A DNA stretch of 64,000 nucleotides from Owenia fusiformis. Taxonomy: Eukaryota. A model generated the notes under the pieces. It was not told the DNA's origin and did not search any database. It saw only the letters and a list, made by a program, of their open reading frames with translations. Position 1 is the first letter of the stretch, and every line of letters begins with the position of its first letter. Of this stretch, positions 24,445 through 33,520 are shown in pieces. Position numbers and translations under genes: made by a program. Location: positions 5,828,001 to 5,892,000 of the forward strand of contig CAIIXF020000001.1 of NCBI GenBank assembly GCA_903813345.2, in the 5' to 3' direction.

Positions 24445-24984
24445 AGATTATTCAAGTAGACACTGTGATCAAATCTAATATCATTTTTTCATCTTCGATA
24501 GTATCATGGGCTCTATCAGATGGGTATGCAACGAGCCATTGGCGCCGTGTTAAATGGTGGCCTCGGCTTGGCGAAGAACCGGAAGTTGACGCAATGGGGA
24601 AAAAATAATGTCCGAAGTTGAAGCCTCGTAGATTCTACTCTTATTTCCGCAATGAAACCCAACTAACCTTCACAAATATTGGTAAGACATTTGACATTTA
24701 CTTCATTTTAGTGTAGAACTTGTTTAATAGGTATCAAATTGCCTAAATTGGTCACGATATTGATTTACATTGTGAAAATCGAAATCCACCATTATTTTTT
24801 TGCTCGTCAATTTTCTTCATTTCAACACTGAATTTCAGGACTTTGAACCTATTCATGACACCTTTGAGTACACATTTATTCACAAAGTTAGGCTTAATAT
24901 GTTGAGTCATCGTTGTTTATGAAAAAAACGTGACAAAAGTACACCCCTTTTTGTATCCAATTTTCAATCCACTGTGGCTATAAT

Positions 24985-27793
24985 TAACAAATTTTCTCAT
25001 TTTGTCAAGTTGTTCAGTTTTGATATGAAACATGACTGGTATAAAGTTTATACACCATTAGAAAGCTCAATTTGTCTCCTATCTGATGATGTGACTGTTT
25101 CTTGGGGAAAAGTAGTATATTTTCTGTAATGGCTTGTTAAAAATGAGACAAAATGACATTTCGGTCCATGTGAAACCTGTAGCGACGACTGAATTTTTTG
25201 ACTTTTGTCAAGTTGTTCAGTTTTGATATGAAACATGACTGGTATAAAGTTTATACACCATTGTAAAGCCCAATTTGTCTCCTATCTGATGATGTGACTG
25301 TTACTTGGGGAAAAGTAGTATATAATCTGTAATGGCTTGTTAAAAATGACACAAAATACCATTTCGGTCCATGTGAAACCTGAAGCGACGAATGAATTTT
25401 CTGACTTTTGTCAAGTTGTTCAGTTTTGATATGAAGCATGACTGGTATAAAGTTTATACACCATTATAAAGCCCAATTTGTCTCCTATCTGATGATGTGA
25501 CTGTTACTTGGGGAAAAGTAGTATATAATCTGTAATGGCTTGTTAAAAATGAGACAAATGCCATTTCGGTCCATGTGAAACATGAAGCGACGAATGAATT
25601 TTCTGACTTTTGTCAAGTTGTTCAGTTTTGATATGAAGCATGACTGGTATAAAGTTTATACACCATTATAAAGCCCAATTTGTCTCCTATCTGATGATGT
25701 GACTGTTACTTGGGGAAAAGTAGTATATTTTCTGTGATGGCTTGTTAAAAATGACACAGAATGCCATTTCCATCTCCGTTGGAACCGTCACAATGCTTAC
25801 ATTTTCTCATTTTGTCAAATTGTTCAGTTTTGATATAAAACATGACTGGTATAAAGTTTATACACCATTAGAAATCCCAATTTCTCCCCTATCTGATGAT
25901 GTGACTGTTACTTGGGGAAAAGTAGTATATTTTCTGTGATGGCTTGTTAAAAATGAGACAAAATGCCATTTCGGTCCATGTGAAACCTGTAGCGCCGAAT
26001 GAATTTTCTGACTTTTGTCAAGTTGTTCAGTTTTGATATTAAACATGACTGGTATAAAGTTGATACACCATTATAAAGCCCAATTTGTCTCCTATCTGAT
26101 GATGTGACTGTTACTTGGGGAAAAGTAGTATATTTTCTGAATTGGCTTGTTAAGAATGACACAAAATACCATTTCGGTCCATGTGAAACCTGTAGCGTTG
26201 AATGAATTTTCTGACTTTTGTCAAGTTGTTCAGTTTAAATGAGAAACATGACTGGTATGAAGTTAATACACCATTCCAAAGCCCAATTTCTCTCCTATCT
26301 GATGATGTGACTGTTACTTGGGGAAAAGTAGTATATTTTCTGAATTGGCTTGTTAAGAATGACACAAAATACCATTTCGGTCCATGTGAAACCTGTAGCG
26401 ACAAATGAATTTTCTGACTTTTGTCAAGTTGTTCAGTTTAAATGAGAAACATGATTGGTATGAAGTTAATACACCATTCCAAAGCCCTGTTTGTCTCCTA
26501 TCTGATGATCTTACTCTAATCTTGAAGAAATTAGTATATTTTCTGAAATGGCTTGTTAAAAATGACACAAAATGCCATTTCCATCTCCGTGGGAACTGTC
26601 ACAATGACTACATTTTCTCATTTTGTCAAATTGTTCAGTTTTGATATGAAACATGACTGGTATAAAGTTTATACACCATTAGAAAGCCAAATTTCTCTCC
26701 TATCTGATGATGTGACTGTTACTTGGGGAAAAGTAGTATATTTTCTGAAATGGCTTGTTACAAATGACACAAAATGCCATTTCGGTCCATGTGAAATCTG
26801 TAGCGACGACTGAATTTTCTGACTTTTGTCAAGTTGTTCAGTTTAAATGGGAAACATGACTGGTATAAAGTTTATACACCATTTTAAAGCCCTAATTGTG
26901 CCCTATCTGATGATGTGACTGTTACTTGGGGGAAAGAAGTATATTTTCTATAATGGCTTGTTATAATTGACACAAAATGCCATTTCCATTTCCATGACAA
27001 CTGTCGAGACAAGTACTAGTAATTAAGTCTTTGTTGATTTGTTCAGCTTGGATAGTCAACATGACTGGTAGCAAGTTTATACACCATTTTAAAGCCTTCT
27101 TTGTCTCCTATCTGATGATCTTACTCTTATTTGAGAGAAATTAGAAAATTTTCTGAACTGGCTTGTGAAAATGACACAAAATCCCATTTCCATATATGTG
27201 AAAACTGTCACGACGACTACATTTTTTGACTTTTTCAATTTGTTCCATTTTAATAGTCAACATGACTGGTAGCAAGTTTATACACCATTTTAAAGTCATC
27301 TTTGTCTCCTATCTGATGATCTTACTCTTATTTGAGAGAAATTAGTAAATTTTCTGAATTGGCTTGTTAAAAATGACACAAAATCCCATTTCCATATCCG
27401 GGAAAACTGTCGCGATGACTTAATTTTATGACTTTTTCAATTTGTTCCATTTTAATAGGAAACATGACTGGTTTAAAGTTTATACACCATTTTAAAGCCC
27501 TTTTTGTGTCCTATCTGATGGTCTTACTTTTATTTGGGAGAAATTAGTAAATTGTCTGAACTGGCTTGTTAAAAATGACACAAATCCCATTTCAGCCAAC
27601 GTGAAACCTGTCTTGATGACTAATTTTAATGACTTTTGTCAAATTGATCTGTTTTAATAGGAGACATGACTGGTATATAGTTTATAAACCATTTTAAAGC
27701 CCTCTTTGTCCCTTATCTGATGATGTTACTCTTATTCATGTTTTTTGGGAGAAATTAGTTTATTTTCTGTAGTGACTTGTAAAAATGACACAA
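24985..27793. repeat. Tandem satellite, 14 x ~203 bp, with 4-monomer (~811 bp) higher-order repeat
   Basis: Anchor CATGA(C/T)TGGT at ~25031, 25234, 25437, 25639, 25841, 26044, 26247, 26450, 26652, 26855, 27060, 27261, 27463, 27665. Confidence 0.95.
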
Positions 27794-28807
27794 TTGTATA
27801 GTGTGTAATTGATATAGAAAATGAGCATGCATGTATTTTCTAATACTAATGCTGTAATGAAACTTATTTTTCAGTAATGATTGCATCTTTGAAAGTTGGA
27901 TTAGACTGCTACAGGGGAATGCCCATATTTTAGAGCTGCATCTTGCAGTCCTGGTCTGCTATAATTAGGTACATTTCTAAGTAGTCTAGTTCTCCATGTA
28001 TAACTTCAAACTGAAATGGCATTTCTTGGAATCCTGAGTCTTATAATGCCTAAAAACAGTAATATAATATAAAGAACTAGTAAAGTGGTGATCACAAGGA
28101 ATTACCACAGTATTGTTTTTAAACAGAAAGTAACAGGAACATCCTTTAAAAGAACACAAAAATCATGAATTGCTTGATATTGAATAAGATGAACAAAAAA
28201 TTGAAGATGTTTTTCTTTAATTTTCTTAAACCCTGCATAACTTTAATGCTTTTAAATTGTTTTCAGGTCACAGCACATTCTGCACTCATTCCTATCAGCT
28301 TCATATCAGCATCTACCTGAAACACATAGGATGTTTGTGGATTAAAAACATGTCACCAAGAATCTTATACTAGGACTTCAAAACAACATTATTTAAAAAT
28401 GTGATAGATCTTGTCAAAACGATAGTATCTTAATTACATTGAGTATAAACTGATAAAGACAGCCTAAGCAAATGTGCTTTTTACATTCTACAGGGACTTA
28501 AATTAAGCCACCTCAAGAAGGTACAAGATTTGATGCTACCAACCTTGCCCCTCACAGTGTGATCTTTGTGTAGTATCAGTTGTATTTGATGACAATTGTA
28601 GTCTTAAAATGAAATAAATGATTGATGATTTCTCTGATAAGTACATGTCTTGTGTCAGTGCTATCCAGTGAGCCTTTTTTGGCATTACTTGGCCTCCTTT
28701 TTAGATTAAAAGACCAAATTATCAAAAGATTGGCATTAAATTAAAAAAAAATTTGGGCCCAAATATCAGAGATTACAGTGGTGGTTGTCTATAAAATTAT
28801 CCCAAAG

Positions 28808-29159
28808 CAGGTCCATAGCCAGGATTTGCCAGGGGTTCATTTTTTGAATAATTCAATCCAGGGGGTTCACTTTTGAGAATTTTGGCCCAAAAATGCCCAG
28901 AATTACTTAAAAAGTGCTTAGAATGTTGAAAAACTGCATGAATTTGAAGCCGGGGGGGGGGGGGTGACACTAAATGTGGACACTGCCCAGGCAAGGAGAA
29001 GGAGTCGAACTCCCCCCCCCGCCGAAAATTATTGCAAATTCATGCACTTTTTCACCACTTTGAGCACTTTTCAAGTTAATAGTCCAAAGTTGTCAATAGG
29101 GAACCCCCCTGGAACACTTAGAAAGTGAACCCCCCTTAGCAAAGCCTGGCTACGGCCCG
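28808..29159. mobile_element. Foldback MITE nested in the P-like element (hAT-like CAGG..GTAGCCAGG ends)
   Basis: CAGGTCCATAGCCAGGATTTGC...GCAAAGCCTGGCTACGGCCCG inverted ends, plus an internal inverted pair (~28900-28946 vs ~29035-29080); TSD not resolved. Confidence 0.65.
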
Positions 29160-29979
29160 CTACCCGTTGATGAGATATAGGGTAAACTTTTATCATGGTC
29201 AGCTATGAGAATCACATCCCCAGTTTCCAACCTGTCCAATTCATCCATTCCCGGGAAAATACGTCATAACGCACTAGACGAAAATGCGAATAATGAATAT
29301 CGTGAAAACGAACTGACGGCAAACGAAAATTCCGCTCGATAATGTACGTGATTAACCATATTCTATGGCCACTGAGTGCAAGAATTGGCTAGAGACTCGA
29401 GTAATACGTGATTATGTTTTTTAGCATAAATATTATCATCATACGTTATTAAACTTAATGATTTATAACAATAACATGATTGTTGTGGACTTAGGCCTAT
29501 TTTTGTGTTTTTCTTTCGCTTTGACATTATTTGAAAGCTAGAATTCGCAACATATGTTGCTAAAATTAGAAGACATGATTAATTTTTCTTGGATTTGCGA
29601 TTTTTCGTGATCTGCGCATGCGCAAGATAGGTGGCGCAATAGTACTAATCTCCATTTTGAAGATTTTTGAAGAGCTCCTACAGCCATTCCGCGGCCACCA
29701 TTCTATCCGTTTCACACCCAGGTGGTAGAGCCCATGATAGTATTGGATAGTAAAATGACTTTATGTGATTCCAGACTAATAATTATATCTAAATTCATGC
29801 ACAGCATTTTATAATCGATGGCTACTTATAATTAACATGTAGGTGTACAGAGCTTCAAATTATGACATAGTACACACAATTATAAGTTATAAAGATAAGG
29901 GATTTAAAAACTCAAATTGATAATAGAGCACCACTCATAAAAATGTGTAACCTTATTTTCTTGTTTTTTTTCAGAAGAA

Positions 29980-30852
29980 ATGCTACAGATGGGAAATCAG
30001 GAAACAATAATGAAGACCACAAATGGCATACTGCATAAATATCAAACTTTGTGCACCTGGATGCATTCATTGGATAGAAATATTTCCCTTTGTGCAAGTA
30101 TGCACATGCCAAATAAAATACCTAAAATATATTTATTCCATCAAACAAATGGTGCTAAACCTTCTTGGGTTCAACAAGGCATAATTATACAGGACCTCAA
30201 AGATCTTAAGATCAGAACAGTCAAGAGCACATCCAGACGACCTGAACATAAACAAGACGCACAATCGTTTTACACAATTACTGCGAATGCTTATACAAAT
30301 AAACCAAGAGTGGTGAAAATACAAAGAGAACTTTATCAGAAGGCTGTACAACTTTTGAACTTGAAAAGTATTTCTAATCCACAATCAAAATGTGTTTTAG
30401 ACCTTGGATGTGGTATTGGAATTTGCAGCCACTATTTCTGCCACTTGTCTAATCATTGCAATTGTGCTGTAATAGGAGTTGATATAAGTCAAGAAATGCT
30501 CAACCAAACCAAACAATCTGTCAATAATGGATATATCAGCCTTCTCCTCAATGACATAGGTCAGGGGTTACCATTCAAAGCAAAGTCAGTAGACGCAGCT
30601 ATCAGTATATCAACTTTACAATGGATAATGAGCTCTGGATATACAATGAAACTGAACATGTTTTTTAAAAGCCTTGGCCAATGTTTAACACAGGGTGGAA
30701 GGGCAGTGATACAGTTTTATCCAAATAACTCCCATGAAGTTGAAGAATTGATTAAAACTGTCTCCAAGTATTTTAATGGAGTTCTTCTTGCAGACTTTCC
30801 CCACAATGACGATGCTGTGAAGTTGTTCTTGTGTTTAGAAAATCCGGGTTGA
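29980..30852 (+). CDS. BUD23: BUD23/WBSCR22-like class I SAM-dependent methyltransferase (divergent paralog, single coding exon, C-terminal tail absent)
   Basis: 290-aa ORF with the BUD23 signature order RRPEH...FY...IQ..L...A..LL; motif I VLDLGCGIG; GVDIS..ML; DIGQGLPF; ISISTLQW; FF.SL; RAVIQFYP; DFP...KLFLCL. Strong acceptor ttttcttgtttttttcag at 29973-29974; AATAAA at 30977-30982. Orthology to canonical BUD23 is not established. Confidence 0.85.
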   Translation: MLQMGNQETIMKTTNGILHKYQTLCTWMHSLDRNISLCASMHMPNKIPKIYLFHQTNGAKPSWVQQGIIIQDLKDLKIRTVKSTSRRPEHKQDAQSFYTITANAYTNKPRVVKIQRELYQKAVQLLNLKSISNPQSKCVLDLGCGIGICSHYFCHLSNHCNCAVIGVDISQEMLNQTKQSVNNGYISLLLNDIGQGLPFKAKSVDAAISISTLQWIMSSGYTMKLNMFFKSLGQCLTQGGRAVIQFYPNNSHEVEELIKTVSKYFNGVLLADFPHNDDAVKLFLCLENPG

Positions 30853-31312
30853 GTGTCAAAAATGACTTTGCACAACAGCCCCAGCTTTTGGCTTTGGCCT
30901 AATCTTTGAATAGAATCAAGCGATTTGTCCGCAAACTGTAGATTTTCTTAAACATATGATACTGACACGTGTTTATAATAAAAATGTGAAAATGTGCCTA
31001 CAAATTGAAATCGTACCTTCTGCTTTCCAAGACATTTTCTTTCTGAAACAGATCTGGTTCAGTTACTGGTTTGAAGAGTGAACAAGTGAATTTTAAAATG
31101 GTTTTGATGCGGAGAAGGCAATTTTATTCACACCCGGTGATCGTGTTTAGACGATTGTTGCCTGATTTATAGCAAAAACATGTGACTTTCGCACGTTGGT
31201 GACGATATGCGTTAAGCCCAAGACACTGCTACTACCCTATACACTGATACTCTCTTGAAAGCCCATGCTTCAACTTGTGAAATAAGGAAAAAAGAAAAAT
31301 CGTACCTTCGAG

Positions 31313-31342
31313 CATGGGCTTTCAACTAATTGAAAGCCCATG
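31313..31342. mobile_element. 30-bp TIR-TIR relic (probable P-type excision footprint), TSD CTTCGAG
   Basis: cttcgag CATGGGCTTTCAA-CTAATTGAAAGCCCATG cttcgag. Confidence 0.8.
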
Positions 31343-31667
31343 CTTCGAGATTCCGACATTTTGTTACCGGAACGCCGGTAACTAGTTTGAAGAGTGCAGT
31401 ACTAGAGAAGATGAGCGTGAAATTATTATTATTTTCATCCTCAGTTTTGTTGAATTGTAAGACTGACAATTATAAATAAATGAATAAATAAACTTTATAC
31501 TAATTTAAATAGTATTAGGTCTCTTCCTCGTTTATTTCCAATTGACAGGTTACTACAGTAATTAGTTGGATAGTTAGAAATCAATTCCCTCGCTTTGGAA
31601 AAAAGAGGCCTCTCTGTTCAAATAATGTTACTGCAACGTCCAAATACAGCACTAAAATCAATACATA

Positions 31668-31844
31668 CACTCCCCTCCATAAGTTTGGCAACCACACGTT
31701 TCAATTTGATAGCACGTCAAAGCCTATTAATGTTTGAATCATTATTTTGTTCCACAACTGATCGGAAGTTCGAACTGTAATTTGAATTTTATATCGCTAA
31801 ACATTAACAAGCTTTCAATAAATGCAGAACTTATGGTGGGAGTG
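31668..31844. mobile_element. Tc1-like MITE, TA TSD
   Basis: TA-CACTCCCCTCCATAAGTT...AACTTATGGTGGGAGTG-TA; an identical left end recurs at ~35560. Confidence 0.65.
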
Positions 31845-32239
31845 TATAAAGTAAAAACATGCAAGTGATGCTATTCTCAGGAAGTATTGATATCGTCCTA
31901 CGATATTCCCCTACCAGAGGCGTGGTCAGGCATGAAACATTCGAGGCAACTATCTCACTAAAGTTTTACAGAAAAAGCCATTATATTTCGGATGTTTTTT
32001 CAACTTCAACTCGGCTTCAACTTTTGAAGTGAGATACCCCTACGCCCCTGGCAAGAGTAACATTAGCATGAATTTTGAAAGTATTACTTGCAACATTTTT
32101 CACTCAATATCCTCTTTAATTCTTTGTTGTAGTCAATAAGTATGTCACGGTACGGGTAGTTTCCTTAAACAAAGAATATAATTTATTTTAAACATTTACA
32201 TATTCGCATTTCTCTGATGCAGGTATGGCATCACACCGT

Positions 32240-33040
32240 CGTGTCAGACATGCCTTGATTTTGTTCTAATTTGTATGTGCCTTCGTTGAGATATGAGATC
32301 GAGAGGTTGTGTTGTCCTCGAAACAGTAGTACTAATAGTAGTTGAAAATAGGACGCAATGGTTGGCAATTCTACCCGAAATGACCAGAGATGATGTACAC
32401 GTAAACGTTAAATGAAAACGTAAAATACAGGCGCAAAATGTACGTGGTAAAGTAAAGTGGCGTTGAGACGTAATGTTATCACACCAAGGTGCACAGGAGT
32501 TTCTGTGAATTGCCGACGAATTTGCCGTTTCATAGATAGCGACATCGTATGTTTCCATATCGTACAAAAGTGAAGAGAACTTTTACACGATATGAATGTA
32601 TATGGATCGGTTTCCGCCGTGTAAAATACAAGAAAGCTACAAAAAATGATATGAATATATAAAGCTTGATCATACTTAATGCCTTACATTTCAAACCAAT
32701 GTTGCGTATCGATGATGTCACTATTATAATTTTGGCTATGGCAAGCATGCTCGTCAGTTGTCCACGAGACAACTCGTATAGCAAGAAGCAAACACAAACG
32801 AAGAGAATAGTTTTAATCCTAGATAATCCTGCCAACTCCAGTTTGCACATTTACATATTCCCATCTAATGCAGGTACAGCCTCATGCTCAAGCGTCAATA
32901 TGCTGAGTTTATTGTACTAGTTTGTTTATGATATGCTTTTTGTGTTTTACGCGGCTGGTGCATCAGATCGAAACAGAGGAAGGCGGTCGCAGAACGCAAC
33001 GCTTGAGTTGTTGAGCACAATCGTAGGTAAATGCAAATCG
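32240..33040 (-). pseudogene. Possible decayed rhodopsin-class GPCR
   Basis: Frameshifted fragments in TM order: DLHLPTIVLNNSSVAFCDRL (TM2-like), CFLLYELS...LTSMLAIA (TM3-like), IKLYIFISFFVAFLY (TM4-like), TIWKH...KRQIRR (TM5/ICL3-like), and a hydrophobic segment ending ..YLNEGTYK (TM7/H8-like). Confidence 0.35.
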
Positions 33041-33190
33041 GCTGGACATACAAATCCGTTCTTGATTCAAGGGTATTTTTAGTTTTTTGATACAAATCGA
33101 CCTATCCGAAATACCCATTTTCATCAATTATAAATGTCTATTCGAATTTTCCATTTTCACCGTTGGTTCAACTTAGACGTATTCCAAACG

Positions 33191-33520
33191 GTGACAGGTC
33201 ATCTCAACTCCAAGTTAACTCAACCCCAAGTCAACTCAACCCCAGTAAAACTCAACCCCGGTAAAATTCAACCCCAGTAAAACCCAACCCCTTTCATTTC
33301 TGCAATGTCTTTAGTTCTCTAGTTTATTTTCTTAATAGATAATCTAGCTTTTTGCATATTTCGAATGATACTTTGTTAAAATTTTTGACAGACAGTCAAA
33401 CATCTTTTAAAATCAAATTTTATGAAAATACTATTTTGGCAATTAACAATGTTTTGGGGATGAGTTTTACTGGGGCTGAGTTTTACTTGAGTTGACTTGG
33501 GGTTGAGATGACCATGAAGC
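33191..33520. mobile_element. Mutator-like MITE, 9-bp TSD TTCCAAACG, sub-repeated TIRs
   Basis: TTCCAAACG at 33182-33190 and 33521-33529; GGTCATCTCAAC/GTTGAGATGACC inverted ends with tandem AACTCAACCCC sub-repeats. Confidence 0.8.

Larger units (their letters stand above)
24505..29736. mobile_element. Non-autonomous P-superfamily-like DNA transposon, 5232 bp, 7-bp TSD ATAGTAT
   Basis: Left end CATGGGCTCTATCAGATGGGTATGCAACG vs reverse complement of right end CATGGGCTCTACCACCTGGGTGTGAAACG; ATAGTAT flanks both ends (24498-24504, 29737-29743); no transposase ORF inside. Confidence 0.8.

Noticed and set aside
25078..25120. Hammerhead ribozyme or C/D snoRNA in each monomer (CTGATGA...GAAA)
   Set aside because: The sequence between CTGATGA and GAAA cannot form stem II with the conserved closing pair, no stems I/III were found, and there is no convincing terminal stem for a C/D box RNA
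24985..27793. CRISPR-like array or protein-coding repeat
   Set aside because: Whole monomers are homologous with no unique spacers, there are no cas genes, and the context is eukaryotic; 203 bp is not a multiple of 3 and the short ORFs are stop-bounded repeat artefacts
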